Positions 26,833-37,105 are shown, numbered from the stretch's first letter. The stretch: 64,000 nucleotides of DNA from an uncultured Candidatus Poseidoniales archaeon (GCA_902601345.1 CACKMK010000002.1:43571-107570); one strand, 5' to 3'. Made by a program: numbers and translations. The notes: a model not told the origin generated them from the sequence alone.

Positions 26833-28014
26833 GTGGCGGACGCTGTATCCCTCGTTGTCATCGGTCTTATTCTGATGGCGACCTTCAATGGCTTGTTTCG
26901 AATTCTGCGTTCGCAAAATAGGAGGACAATCCTCCCTTCTACAAGGAGGAACGTCCCAGAGGAGGTTCTCGCAGGATCTACATCTAGAAGGAGAAGGGGA
27001 AGGGGAAGAGATCGTTCTGGCACTCCAACCGTATCCAGTTCACTAGGGGAGGGCTCTGAGGCAATTGGTGCCGGAGTGCAGGAAGCAGAGATATCAGAAA
27101 AGGGCGCTTCTGCACTCGAGAAGAGGCTCGAGAGGGAAGGAGCAAAGAGGGGTTCTGTCCAGATCAGTCTGATGTGGGATAATTGGAATGATCTCGACCT
27201 ACATGTAATCACCCCATCTGGAGAGCACATCTATCACGATAACAGGACATCAAATTGCGGTGGTGAGCTAGATGTAGACATGAACTTCAAGCCTACTTCG
27301 AAATCCCCAGTTGAGAATATTGTCTGGACGAAAACCCCTCCTCCAGGAGTCTACAGAGTTGGAGTCAGGCACTACAAAATCCATACAAAAGGGTTGTTCT
27401 CATGGGTACCTCTTCTACGAAGAATACACAATAAGAACGAGACAGATTTCACGGTCAGCCTGACAATTGGTGAGAGCAAACGGTTCTACGAGGGGGCCCT
27501 TGTCAAGAGTAATGACCTGCAATTCGTCGCTAAGTTCGCCATAGCTGGTCCAGATGGAGAAGTGCCTCAGCCTTCGGCGAGTGATGAGGAATTGGCTGAG
27601 GATACAAAGGAGGATTTCACCGAGGCTAGAGATGTGGATGAGCTTAGGAGAAGGGTGGGGACGGTTCAAGACGGTGCATCGGTGAGTCTCAACTGGGAAG
27701 GTAGTTCTGACTTGGGGCTCTCAATAATTGATTCTAATGGCGAGGAGTTGTCTTTCTTCAATCCGGAGGGATTGGGAGGAGGGAAATTCGATATGGATGG
27801 TTACGACCCTGAGTCCGGCTCCAGAGAGATAAGATGGGCCTCTTCTCCTCCATCCGGGACTTACTCGGTGGTTGTGAGGCACTTTGAGACAGAAGGTGAA
27901 GAAGGAGAGGTTCAGTTCGAGGTTAATGTGAACAACGGTGGGGATAGACAGCAATTCTCCGGATCTATCCAATCGGATGGCTCGTCTGTAGAGGCCGGAA
28001 GTTTCGAAATCTAG
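26833..28014 (+). CDS. membrane-anchored protein with two DUF2135/YfaP-C-like domains
   Basis: It has an N-terminal TM ([18 protein letters not shown]) and an Arg-rich linker. Two homologous modules follow: [24 protein letters not shown]...GGELDVDMN...[13 protein letters not shown] and [23 protein letters not shown]...GGGKFDMDG...[13 protein letters not shown]. The start is uncertain (GTG 26833 or TTG 26767). Confidence 0.6.
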   Translation: MADAVSLVVIGLILMATFNGLFRILRSQNRRTILPSTRRNVPEEVLAGSTSRRRRGRGRDRSGTPTVSSSLGEGSEAIGAGVQEAEISEKGASALEKRLEREGAKRGSVQISLMWDNWNDLDLHVITPSGEHIYHDNRTSNCGGELDVDMNFKPTSKSPVENIVWTKTPPPGVYRVGVRHYKIHTKGLFSWVPLLRRIHNKNETDFTVSLTIGESKRFYEGALVKSNDLQFVAKFAIAGPDGEVPQPSASDEELAEDTKEDFTEARDVDELRRRVGTVQDGASVSLNWEGSSDLGLSIIDSNGEELSFFNPEGLGGGKFDMDGYDPESGSREIRWASSPPSGTYSVVVRHFETEGEEGEVQFEVNVNNGGDRQQFSGSIQSDGSSVEAGSFEI

Positions 28015-28778
28015 CCGTCCCAAAGTCCTTGGATCTGCAGAATTGATTTCATCCACTGCAGTTTCTGGAGCTTGGAGGACTCCTCAGTATCTCCTGACCA
28101 TCGGCCCACAATATCAGATCTGGTGCCTAGGAGCTTGATGTTTCCTTTACGCGCCCCTAATGCCGTTAGGAAGCATGCTGCGCGGTCCCCATCCGTAAAC
28201 CCACCAGGGTTGTACATTCCGTCGATTGGATTCCGCGTTTGGTGGGTTAGTATAAGCTCAGGGGGGTTTGTCTGTTCCTCGGCCAATCCTAGTAGGCTGT
28301 CCCAGTCTTCTCTATTGTCTCCATGGGCATGTAGTACGAACGGTATTGATCTTCTAACTGCTTGATAGGTCCCTTCTCCACCATCGGCATCGCTAACCAT
28401 GCACACCACGCGGGACCATGCCTTCTCAGAAAGTGAGGCGGGCATCTCTGAAATCGCTCCAACTGCTCCATCTGCAGCTACAATGAGCGTTGGACCATCC
28501 AGAATAGAGGCTATCTCATCTGGTTCTACGGCTGCTCCGAGGATTGCTACCCGCGCTTCCCTAATCACTATTCTTCGGTAAATCTTCGATAGAGTTGCAG
28601 CTCTATTATGCCTGGCCCAGATTGCCACCGTTGAGTCTTCGACCCTTCGAAGCATCGAAACTGCGCTATCTTTGTCGTCCTCCTCGGTCCAACCGAAGTA
28701 TTCTCTGACTTCATTCTGAACACCAACCAACGTTGGAGAAGATGGCGTCAAGTCAGAGGGAGTTTCTTGTTTCGTCAT
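28011..28778 (-). CDS. mptE: 6-hydroxymethylpterin diphosphokinase MptE-like protein (DUF115 family)
   Basis: VSDADGG, HAHGDN and GGFTDGDRA motifs match the MptE/DUF115 pattern. The start is moved to MTKQETP (28778), because the track's 29060 start overlaps priL by 224 bp. Confidence 0.7.
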   Translation of the reverse strand: MTKQETPSDLTPSSPTLVGVQNEVREYFGWTEEDDKDSAVSMLRRVEDSTVAIWARHNRAATLSKIYRRIVIREARVAILGAAVEPDEIASILDGPTLIVAADGAVGAISEMPASLSEKAWSRVVCMVSDADGGEGTYQAVRRSIPFVLHAHGDNREDWDSLLGLAEEQTNPPELILTHQTRNPIDGMYNPGGFTDGDRAACFLTALGARKGNIKLLGTRSDIVGRWSGDTEESSKLQKLQWMKSILQIQGLWDG

Positions 28779-28836
28779 GCTCTCCACTGGAAGGGCTCGG
28801 TAAGTATTCAAGAACCCTCGCGGAACTCTTGAGTTT

Positions 28837-30006
28837 GTGCCGATGCCAATCAGAGCTCCTGAAATCGATGACGAGGGTTTGCTTGCTAGGTATCCCTTTC
28901 TGCCACAGGGAAGGTCATTCATTCGTAAGATGTTGGAAGAGAACGGAATAACTGTTGAGGATCTAATTGAAGCCCCTTGGCTCGAGGATGTGAGAGTTAG
29001 GGGCAGGTTAAGGCTGGTGGATTCAGTTTTACAGCAGGAGGATGTGGCATCCTCTTCCACAATTGACCTTTCAACAGACGTTGGGAGGATGACTGAGACA
29101 CTGTCCTTCCTTCATGCAATGCTAGTAGTCTGTGCATCATTCGATGAGAGGCTGCTTTCCAGATGGATTGAGGGCGAGTCTAGCAGAGCGGATAAGTTAC
29201 TGGGTATGGACTCCAAGAACTTCAATTTGCTTTCCTCTTCTTTTCTTTCCGATATTGTAGTGGAAAGTAATAGCGAGGGGTCTGAAATATACTGGATTCC
29301 AATGGTAGACTTCATCGAGCTTAGCCCAAAAATTTCCGGCAAATACTGGAGATTGGTAAATAGGCCTTTGAGAGACGGTTGGGTTTGTCTGGATTCTGGA
29401 GCTGGAGAGACAGGGAGAGAGAGGGCTTCTCGACTGATAAAGGAGAGAGTTAGAGAGAGTCTGAGGGTTAGTTGTGAAGATAGAATTTCCAGGATGGATG
29501 ATGAGTTTGCAGCTAAGTTCGCAGACCCGGTAGATAGGATTACTGGACTGCTTTCTGAGAGAGTCAAGGAGGAGATGCCTATGACGGCAGCAGTCAGGGA
29601 TGACTGGCCTCCGTGTTTTGAATCGGCTGTTTCTGAGTTGAACCAGGGGGTAAATGTAAATCATGTTGGAAGGGTCTTCCTTGCCGCTTTCTCAAGATCG
29701 ATAGGACTTCAGCAGGAGCAAACCTGCAACTTCTTTTCCAATGCCCCTGACTATGACGCTGACACTACATCATACCAAGTGGGTCAGATTTACGAAAGAG
29801 AGTATACCCCTCATGGATGCTCTTCTCTAAAAACGAACGCCAGATGCCCCGTGCAAATAGGAGAGGACCCCCTCTGTGATCAAGAATGGTTGACTCATCC
29901 TCTGAAGTATATCAGAGCAAAGCAGAGGAGGAGGTATGGCTCGGGCAATGCCGGATCTGACGGATATGCCAATGACTCAGATAGCGATTCTGCCAATTCC
30001 TCATAA
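28837..30006 (+). CDS. priL: DNA primase large subunit PriL
   Basis: N-terminal YPFLPQG motif and a C-terminal Fe-S domain with PPCF, C and HGCSSLKTNARCP cysteines. Confidence 0.8.
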   Translation: MPMPIRAPEIDDEGLLARYPFLPQGRSFIRKMLEENGITVEDLIEAPWLEDVRVRGRLRLVDSVLQQEDVASSSTIDLSTDVGRMTETLSFLHAMLVVCASFDERLLSRWIEGESSRADKLLGMDSKNFNLLSSSFLSDIVVESNSEGSEIYWIPMVDFIELSPKISGKYWRLVNRPLRDGWVCLDSGAGETGRERASRLIKERVRESLRVSCEDRISRMDDEFAAKFADPVDRITGLLSERVKEEMPMTAAVRDDWPPCFESAVSELNQGVNVNHVGRVFLAAFSRSIGLQQEQTCNFFSNAPDYDADTTSYQVGQIYEREYTPHGCSSLKTNARCPVQIGEDPLCDQEWLTHPLKYIRAKQRRRYGSGNAGSDGYANDSDSDSANSS

Positions 30007-30039
30007 GTAGGTGCTTACCAACCACTGACAAGGGAGGGC

Positions 30040-31167
30040 GTGATCATAGTACGAACACTGGTTCTCACAATTGACAGAGACAATGATTTGGGTGTGAAAT
30101 CGGGGATAAGAGGGCCGGTTGTTGGTAGGAAATCCTGCTTGACGGCAGCTCTCAGATTGGGTATCGCGGACCCTGAGGAGTCCGATACAAACGCGATTCT
30201 TGGTGCACTGCACCACCATGATAGGCTGGCAGAAGGAGCTGCTGCAAGCGATGAGGTTCAGATCGCTATTCTAACAGGTGACGTGAGGGTAGGACCTAGG
30301 AGCGATAGGTCGATAGCTAGCCAGTTGGACGAGGTGATTCAGGATTTCCAACCAGATGCAGCACTCCTTGTTACGGACGGCGCTGATGACGAAGCTTCTC
30401 TGCCTATAGTTACCTCGAGGGTGAGAGTGGACACGGTGGAGAAGGTAATAGTCAGGCAGTCAAAGGGAATCGAGGGCACCTACTACTACATCGTGAAGGC
30501 AATAGAGGACCCCAGATTCAGGTCTAGACTTCTAGTTCCACTCGCAGTTTTCCTAATCATAATTGGTCTGGGCCTAATCCTACCAAACGGAATAGCTCTC
30601 ATCGGCTCTCTACCACTTTTGATAGGATTGTGGGTCTTGGGCAAGGGGCTAGGTCTTGAGGCACAAATGGAGAGGGTAGCCATGGAGATGAGAGACAGCG
30701 CTACTGGGGGGCTTTTCTCGTCATTACTATGGGGGATGTCAATTGTGAGTTTGTTCCTGGCAGTTGCTACTGTTTGGGCGGGATGGGACGATCCTGTTCC
30801 AGATGGGAATTCTCAGTTCGAGCACTTACTAGGGCTTGTTGATGAGGTTCTACAATGGATTGTGGGTTCCGTATTCTCGTTCTTACTTGCTCTGGGAGTT
30901 CTGAGGTGGAAGGAGGGTTCCTTCACAGGGAGGAGCGTTCTACTAATTGGTCTTGGGGTAGTATTCTACACCTTCGTTGCGGCAACAATCGACGTGGCAC
31001 TCGTGATTTCATCAGGGCAGGAATATAGTCCCACATTCAATCAACTAGGGGATGATTGGGGGCTACCAATAATGTCCATGGTAATGTACTACCTTCTGAG
31101 AACCATAGTCCAATCATTCTCCGAGGACGATGACTTAGTCCAAGGAAGTCGTTTCTGGGGAGTATGA
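30040..31167 (+). CDS. DUF373-family archaeal membrane protein
   Basis: N-terminal soluble domain LVLTIDRDNDLG (as in DUF373) followed by multiple TM helices. GTG start. Confidence 0.65.
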   Translation: MIIVRTLVLTIDRDNDLGVKSGIRGPVVGRKSCLTAALRLGIADPEESDTNAILGALHHHDRLAEGAAASDEVQIAILTGDVRVGPRSDRSIASQLDEVIQDFQPDAALLVTDGADDEASLPIVTSRVRVDTVEKVIVRQSKGIEGTYYYIVKAIEDPRFRSRLLVPLAVFLIIIGLGLILPNGIALIGSLPLLIGLWVLGKGLGLEAQMERVAMEMRDSATGGLFSSLLWGMSIVSLFLAVATVWAGWDDPVPDGNSQFEHLLGLVDEVLQWIVGSVFSFLLALGVLRWKEGSFTGRSVLLIGLGVVFYTFVAATIDVALVISSGQEYSPTFNQLGDDWGLPIMSMVMYYLLRTIVQSFSEDDDLVQGSRFWGV

Positions 31168-31406
31168 TGGGAAAAGTAACTGCATCCATACTTTGGACCG
31201 GTTCGAAGGAAAGAGGGGAGGCGCTGCTGGCAGCGATAATCCCCGACGATCCAGATGATTTCACGGTTGAGTTATTGGATTTCAGTGACCACGTAGAGTT
31301 GAGGATAGGAGTTATCGCGGACGGGCTGGGTCGATCGAGATCATCGGTAGATGACATTCTTGCCTGCTTGTCAGCAGCTGAGTCCGGGCTTGACTCTCTA
31401 GATTGA
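31164..31406 (+). CDS. pcc1: KEOPS complex subunit Pcc1-like
   Basis: 80-aa protein with the Pcc1 pattern (A..L..AIIPD ... ELRIGVIADGLGRSRSSVDDILACL). Its start overlaps the upstream stop (ATGATGG). Confidence 0.5.
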   Translation: MMGKVTASILWTGSKERGEALLAAIIPDDPDDFTVELLDFSDHVELRIGVIADGLGRSRSSVDDILACLSAAESGLDSLD

Positions 31407-31525
31407 CCTTAACGAGTACTAGTACTATTCAAGGGTGGGCTTGCAGTCCATGATGCGTGGAAGGACTGCCGCATGACCGATCCCACTTGTTATGCAATGC
31501 AAATGAAGTTCCTAATCCGACAAAA

Positions 31526-32398
31526 ATGTTTCAGGATTCAATAAGGAGATGGTTGATTGCTCACTTGTCAGATGACTCTGCAACGGATGGAAAAATGGGA
31601 AGTATTGTTGAGGCAGTGGTGATATCGAAAAGTGCAGGAGTGTTCTGTGGCAGAATTCCAGTGGACTTGCTTTTCGCCGAGTGGTTTCCCTCCTGTGAGC
31701 TGACTTGGAATGTCGAAGAAGGAGGGGATATCAAAGTAGGTAGCCAGATTCTCTCTATCTCTGGGCCATCGGATAGTGTCTTGAGTTGTGAGAGGGTTGT
31801 GCTGAACATTCTTGGTAGGCTATCAGGCATTACCACTAGGACCTCCGAATGGGTAAGCGAGTCAGGAGATGTTTCTATAGCATGCACAAGAAAAACTGCA
31901 TGGGGGTTGATGGACAAATGGGCCGTACATATGGGAGGAGGACTAACCCATCGGCTCAGTAGGACAGATGCATTGATGATTAAGGAAAATGATTTGAGCG
32001 TAATCGGCTCTAAAGATGGTGTTGAATCAGCAATTTCATCCGCAATCTCCTCCATTGATTTTGAGAAGAATCCCGGATTTGTTGTAATCGAGGTTCAGGA
32101 CTCTGCGCAGGCGATTTCAGCCGCCGAGTCCTGGTCAGAAAATCAGAAAATCAGAGGAAGGGAGGAAAGAATAGTGATACTGCTAGACAATATGGGACCA
32201 AGTGGGTGCAGGTCTGCAGAAATTCTTCTGAGAGAGTCTGGGTTAAGGGAGTGGTGCATTCTCGAGGGATCAGGAGGAGTAACATTGGATGATTTGCATA
32301 CCTGGATTGAGAATTCCATGGTAGATGTGATATCTTCAAGCTCGGTAAACATGGGAGTCCCCCCGCTGGATCTCTCAATGCTAATTGGAGGGAGTTGA
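31526..32398 (+). CDS. nadC: nicotinate-nucleotide pyrophosphorylase (quinolinate phosphoribosyltransferase)
   Basis: ERVVLNILGRLSGITTRT, TRKTAWG and HMGGGLTHRLSRTDALMIKEND follow the NadC pattern. The start is placed at ATG 31526. The track starts at 31457. Confidence 0.85.
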   Translation: MFQDSIRRWLIAHLSDDSATDGKMGSIVEAVVISKSAGVFCGRIPVDLLFAEWFPSCELTWNVEEGGDIKVGSQILSISGPSDSVLSCERVVLNILGRLSGITTRTSEWVSESGDVSIACTRKTAWGLMDKWAVHMGGGLTHRLSRTDALMIKENDLSVIGSKDGVESAISSAISSIDFEKNPGFVVIEVQDSAQAISAAESWSENQKIRGREERIVILLDNMGPSGCRSAEILLRESGLREWCILEGSGGVTLDDLHTWIENSMVDVISSSSVNMGVPPLDLSMLIGGS

Positions 32399-33183
32399 TG
32401 GCCAGGATTCCCGATAGCCACCCTAGGAAGAAATCCCTAGAGTCAAGGCAGAAGATAGTGGATGGCAGCTCCATGGGTCTGCTTGCGGACTCGGCAATGA
32501 TTGCTCATGGCAGAGGAGAGGCTTTCGACTATCTGCTCGGAGAGAGGACCACGGAGTCAGCCAGAGAGGCCATTCGTGAGAGTGCGGCTCGCCTCAGGAA
32601 TGCCAGAAGACCGATCATCTCAGTTAACGGAAACACGACAGTCCTAGCAGGCGACGGAGCGATTAGGTTGGCTGCAGTCCTTGGTTGTCCTATTGAGGTG
32701 AACCTCTACTACAGAACCCCAAGCAGGGTCAAGGGGCTGATCTCGCTATTGGAAGAAGGGAAGTTTAAGCTGTCCCAAGAGGCTGCCCCTGACGGGTTCT
32801 ATCGGGACTGGAAGGAAAGAGTCGAGGGAGTGTCGATTCTAGGGGAATCTCCTAATTTCAAGATAGAAGGTTTGGAGGGGCCACGTTCAAACTGCACTGT
32901 AGAAGGAATAGGCGGAGCTGATACTATCCTTGTCCCTCTTGAGGACGGTGACAGGTGCGAGGCACTGATCAGTCTTGACAAGGAGGTCATAGTGGTCGAT
33001 CTGAACCCTCTTTCAAGAAGTGCTAGGATGGCCTCGGTGACGATAGTAGACGAGGTTTCCAGAGCGTTCGAGGGTATTCTGTCCTGTCTACTCAATGACT
33101 CCGATTACAAACAGACAGAATGGGATAATCAGAAATCTTTGAGAGGGTCCCTGCAGGAGATTTGTGAACATTTCTCAGAATAG
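32395..33183 (+). CDS. archaeal 4-phosphopantoate--beta-alanine ligase (phosphopantothenate synthetase)
   Basis: AHGRGEAFDYLLGERT and PIISVNGNTTVLAG match the MJ0209/DUF137 family used in archaeal CoA synthesis. The start overlaps the nadC stop. Confidence 0.75.
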   Translation: MMARIPDSHPRKKSLESRQKIVDGSSMGLLADSAMIAHGRGEAFDYLLGERTTESAREAIRESAARLRNARRPIISVNGNTTVLAGDGAIRLAAVLGCPIEVNLYYRTPSRVKGLISLLEEGKFKLSQEAAPDGFYRDWKERVEGVSILGESPNFKIEGLEGPRSNCTVEGIGGADTILVPLEDGDRCEALISLDKEVIVVDLNPLSRSARMASVTIVDEVSRAFEGILSCLLNDSDYKQTEWDNQKSLRGSLQEICEHFSE

Positions 33184-33198
33184 GTCCTAATGTCCTGT

Positions 33199-34413
33199 TC
33201 AGCTGCCTAACTCTGTGAGAATAGCCGCACATCTGGACGCTATGGCCTCGCCGACCTCCGTGGTTGAGGCCTTGCCTCCCAAGTCGTAAGTAACGGGTCC
33301 TCCAGAAGACATGTGTTCTGAAATCGCTCTCTCAATGACTTCTGCGCACAATATCGCTTCCTGATCGTCATTCTTCAAACCAAGAGAATCGAACATCAAT
33401 TGTACAGAAGATATTGCTGCAATGGGATTCACTTTGTTCTGTCCTGCATATTTCGGGCTGGACCCGTGAACTGGCTCGAACAGCATGTGTTCGTCTCCTA
33501 TGTTGGCGCTGGCCGCCATACCCATCCCACCCTGAAGTACTGAGGCTAGATCTGTGGCTATATCTCCAAACATGTTCGGAAGAACGACTACATCGAGATC
33601 CTCTGGACTCCTGACTAGCCACATAGTGAATGCATCGATGAACGCCTCGTTGGTTACAATGCCATGGTATTCAGATGAGACCTCTCTGAAAACATCCCTG
33701 AATAGTCTGCATCCCCTAGTGACGTTGCTCTTGTCTACGCATGTTACCTTCTGAACGCTACCAAATCTGGATTCACGTCTTTTAGCTAGTTCAAATGAGA
33801 AACGGATAACTCTCTCGCTACCCTTCCGCGATATCGGCCTAACGTCCCAGCCTACTTCTCCTTCCAGACCCGGGAATCCGTCGATTACAAGCGGTTCGTC
33901 CCTTTCCTCTCCTCTGGCTGCCATTCCAGATCTCCTTAACAGGGCATGGTATAGGCCCTCGGTATTTTCTCTCACCATTACGACGTCTACGAGTTCGTTG
34001 TCCCAAACATCAATGAAAGTCCCATGCACCTTGTGCTTGACACCCTTGTAGAGTTTGACTGGTCTAACGTTAGCATACAGATCTAATGCTGACCTCAGTC
34101 CCAGAAGTGCCTGCCCTCCGGCAATATCACCATTTGGGAGAGTAGCGCCCGGCCAGCCAACTGCACCGACTACAATGGCATCAGATTCATCTCTGCAGTG
34201 TTCGAAAGAACCAGTTGGCCATTCCTCACCAGTATCCAGATAGTGTTGGCCGCCACAAGGAATCTCGGTGGTTTCCATTGAAATTGCTCCTGAATCGTGG
34301 AAGGTTGAGAGCAACCGCTTTACCTCTTCCATAACCTCTCGACCAGTCCCATCCCCGGGCAAAAGTGCCAATCTGTACGGCGCCATTGACCGGGGCACAA
34401 CCTTTTCATTCAT
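33199..34413 (-). CDS. isocitrate/isopropylmalate/homoisocitrate dehydrogenase family enzyme
   Basis: LLPGDGTGREV, DLYANVRP, VRENTEGLY and NMFGDIATDLAS are family motifs. The start is placed at MNEKV (34413). The track's 34713 start adds 100 aa of Ser/Leu-rich sequence overlapping the next gene. Confidence 0.85.
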   Translation of the reverse strand: MNEKVVPRSMAPYRLALLPGDGTGREVMEEVKRLLSTFHDSGAISMETTEIPCGGQHYLDTGEEWPTGSFEHCRDESDAIVVGAVGWPGATLPNGDIAGGQALLGLRSALDLYANVRPVKLYKGVKHKVHGTFIDVWDNELVDVVMVRENTEGLYHALLRRSGMAARGEERDEPLVIDGFPGLEGEVGWDVRPISRKGSERVIRFSFELAKRRESRFGSVQKVTCVDKSNVTRGCRLFRDVFREVSSEYHGIVTNEAFIDAFTMWLVRSPEDLDVVVLPNMFGDIATDLASVLQGGMGMAASANIGDEHMLFEPVHGSSPKYAGQNKVNPIAAISSVQLMFDSLGLKNDDQEAILCAEVIERAISEHMSSGGPVTYDLGGKASTTEVGEAIASRCAAILTELGS

Positions 34414-34483
34414 CAATCCAACCCCATGGAGAGGTTTTCTCACAGAGCAGATAATTGATAGACGGTCAAGTTGACAACAAGAT

Positions 34484-35092
34484 ATGGGAACCAACTCAGA
34501 AGAGGATAAGAGCGGACCGAAAATCGACATCAGAACACTACCGGAGTCCGTATCCCTCCTCTGGGAGTCAATGCTACGCAAAAATCCAAACTGGGACTTA
34601 TCTGAGTGGCTAGACGAAAGAGCCAATGAAGAGTTGGAACTTCTGGAGTCGCACCTCGGCAGGGAGAAGCTCAGGTACGAGCAAAGACTCCATAGAATAG
34701 AGAATCTCTCCAAACAGATGAGCAGGAGGAGGGAGAGCGCTGGGACATCTCCATTGCCCGATCCAAACCAGCGGAATCTCTTCGATGTATACGGTCCTTC
34801 GGAGGAGGTCCCCCCTGCCGAAGGAAAGGAAATCGATGGAGTGCCATTAGTTGACCTCGGATCGCTTTCGGCTGATGATGACCTCCTGCTGGCTTACATT
34901 AGTCAGAAGATTCTGATTGTAATAGAGGAGGCAAATGAGAAGGGAGAGGGTTTGCATTTCGACAATATAATTCGGTTGATGGAGTCTCCTGGGATAACCT
35001 CAGAGGACATTGATGAGTCGATATCTTGGCTTCTTCAGAAGAACGAGATTATTGAGATAGAAAGAGACGTTTTTGTCATCAGCTCAAAATAA
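34484..35092 (+). CDS. hypothetical protein with a probable C-terminal winged-helix domain
   Basis: 202-aa acidic ORF. The C-terminal ~70 aa (LLLAYISQKILIVIEEANEKGEGLHFDNIIRLMESPGITSEDIDESISWLLQKNEIIEIERDVFVI) has a wHTH-like pattern. Confidence 0.5.
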   Translation: MGTNSEEDKSGPKIDIRTLPESVSLLWESMLRKNPNWDLSEWLDERANEELELLESHLGREKLRYEQRLHRIENLSKQMSRRRESAGTSPLPDPNQRNLFDVYGPSEEVPPAEGKEIDGVPLVDLGSLSADDDLLLAYISQKILIVIEEANEKGEGLHFDNIIRLMESPGITSEDIDESISWLLQKNEIIEIERDVFVISSK

Positions 35093-35149
35093 TCGTGGTG
35101 GTAATCAATACAACCATTCAAACACGAAGAGCGAATCGGTGGGTTACCT

Positions 35150-37105
35150 ATGACGAGCGAAACTTCTGGGTGGTATGCAAGGCTGGATCATGAGTGTCCA
35201 GAAAGGACCCGACAGATCGGAATTTGGCTTGATTCATGGCTTGAGGCAACCAAGAAAGGGCTCCCTATAGCAGCCACTCTCCCAAACAATTGGCCAACCC
35301 TTCCTGCAGGTCTGCTCAGCAACCCAGGAACGGTTTTAGATCACCTGATTGCTAGGTTTGATGCCCAAAGCGATGGGCGTTCCCCGAGGGGAGTTTACGC
35401 ACCTCCAGCGCGATTTGTAGATGCGATATTGTACGACGAGCTGCGGCATGGAAGGGGTAAGAAGAAAGAGCCCCCCGCTACTCTCTCTCTAGCTGCTCTT
35501 CCACCTAGTTTCAGAGGGTTTGCAAAACAGATTAACGAGAACATCGATGAGAATGGGGACTCCGAAAGCGACAGTCTGGAGATGGATAATAGAACGATGT
35601 CGGGAATTCCGATTCCGTTTGCAGACCCTTGTGTAGGGGGCGGTCTCTTCGTTGAGAGAATATTGAGGATACACTCTGAAAGAATTTCAGGAAACACACC
35701 GAATGAGAGGAGAGAGGATACCCTGCGACTCTTGGAGGGACTACAGTTGGTGGACAGTTCCGAGGTGGCAGTGACTTCGGCGAGGAAGAGAATCGTGATT
35801 GTTCTTGCCAGGCTAGATCTTGTAGATCTGGACGGAGAGGGGAACGAAGGAAAGATTGGTCTCAGTGAGGCAGAGATGATTATCGAGAGTAACGTTCGTT
35901 GTGTTGATCCTCTACTTGGCGAGTGGCCTTGGAACGAAGGCCCCATGCTTCTAGTTTCACGCCCTCCGTGGCTCAGAATCAAGGATAGGTTCAGAGGACA
36001 TCCAGATGGGAGTGCTCTTAGAAAGAGGCTATCCTGTCAGCTAAGGGAATTCAAGGAGTCAGATGGAAGAACCAGATTCTCAGCAATCAAAGGGAATGTG
36101 AACCTGTACAGACTTTACATCGAGAGATCAATGCAGTTGTGTCAGAAAGGAGGAAGGGCTAGGCTAGTAGTGCCCAGTTCGGTTCTGAGAGAAAAAAGCA
36201 GTCTGCCGCTCAGAAAATTGCTTGTTGAGTCAAACCAATGGGATTCAGTCTGGTCGTTTCCAGAAGACCACAAATTGCTCTTTGGGGGTTCACAAGGAGT
36301 ATCTGTAATCGGTGTTACCGTTGGAGAGGAAACCGATGTTCTAACCAGCTTCGGACCTCTGCAGACCAATGACCTCTCATCGGGCAATGGACTTGTGTCC
36401 GACGCTCCATTCTTTGAATTAGAAAGAGGGCCATGGTCCTCATGGACGGATGCATCATATGCCGTTCCAAAGATGCCCAGATCGTCGATTGAAAGGACTA
36501 GGACCTTGTCAGCAATAGGAAAACTGGCAGATAAGCCTCGTTTGGTCGAAGACGGAACGGGCTTGAATCCGAGTACTAGAGTCATCAAAGTCAGGGTAGG
36601 GGAGGTTGAGAGGTCTTCCTGGGAGGACGAGATATGCGAATGGAGGGAGGGTCTTCTTCCATTTGTAAGGGCATCTCACATCCATTTCGAGGATGGTAGA
36701 GGGGTGATTAGGCACCCCGCTTTTGATGCCAACAATGTAGGCGAACTAGAGGCTAGTAATTCTGGATGGTCAGGACCCAAAAATATGGCCGTCCAGTCTA
36801 GAATCGCCTGTCAGGCGGTGGTGAATCCTAACTCAGAGAGGAGACTGGTGTGGGCGGTTGTTCCAGAGGGCTGCGTTATCGGGAACTCGGTTAGCTTCCT
36901 CGATCTGCCTCCCGAGGTTACAGAGCGGCTAAAGGATAGGTTCGGAACCATTGAAGAGGGTTTGAGAGTCCTTGCTAGCCAACTGAATTCAGAAGATCTG
37001 GATCTGTGGTCCAAAGCTTGGGCGGCAAATAACAATGTGAATAACTATGAAATCGAGACTCTACCGTTCGAAATAGAGGGTGGAGAGTTTGGATTGCCTG
37101 CCTAG
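35150..37105 (+). CDS. Eco57I/TaqI-type (gamma-class) N6-adenine methyltransferase-like protein with degenerate catalytic motif
   Basis: GVYAPPARFV stands where the conserved TP-containing block usually reads (Y/F)(Y/F)TP. Motif I is FADPCVGGGLFV. Motif IV is VSRPPW (35957-35971) instead of (N/D/S)PP(Y/F/W). NLYRLYIERSMQLCQKGGRARLVVPSSVL covers motifs V-VIII. The C-terminal region looks like a target-recognition domain. Confidence 0.65.
   Translation: MTSETSGWYARLDHECPERTRQIGIWLDSWLEATKKGLPIAATLPNNWPTLPAGLLSNPGTVLDHLIARFDAQSDGRSPRGVYAPPARFVDAILYDELRHGRGKKKEPPATLSLAALPPSFRGFAKQINENIDENGDSESDSLEMDNRTMSGIPIPFADPCVGGGLFVERILRIHSERISGNTPNERREDTLRLLEGLQLVDSSEVAVTSARKRIVIVLARLDLVDLDGEGNEGKIGLSEAEMIIESNVRCVDPLLGEWPWNEGPMLLVSRPPWLRIKDRFRGHPDGSALRKRLSCQLREFKESDGRTRFSAIKGNVNLYRLYIERSMQLCQKGGRARLVVPSSVLREKSSLPLRKLLVESNQWDSVWSFPEDHKLLFGGSQGVSVIGVTVGEETDVLTSFGPLQTNDLSSGNGLVSDAPFFELERGPWSSWTDASYAVPKMPRSSIERTRTLSAIGKLADKPRLVEDGTGLNPSTRVIKVRVGEVERSSWEDEICEWREGLLPFVRASHIHFEDGRGVIRHPAFDANNVGELEASNSGWSGPKNMAVQSRIACQAVVNPNSERRLVWAVVPEGCVIGNSVSFLDLPPEVTERLKDRFGTIEEGLRVLASQLNSEDLDLWSKAWAANNNVNNYEIETLPFEIEGGEFGLPA

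Noticed and set aside
34414-34713. N-terminal over-extensions in the ORF track (IDH-family 34414-34713, MptE-like 28779-29060, dnaG 51624-51782, PolD 7757-7855)
   Set aside because: The extensions overlap neighbouring genes or intergenic structure and have non-protein-like composition. Family-typical N-termini begin at internal Met codons with SD-like sequences.
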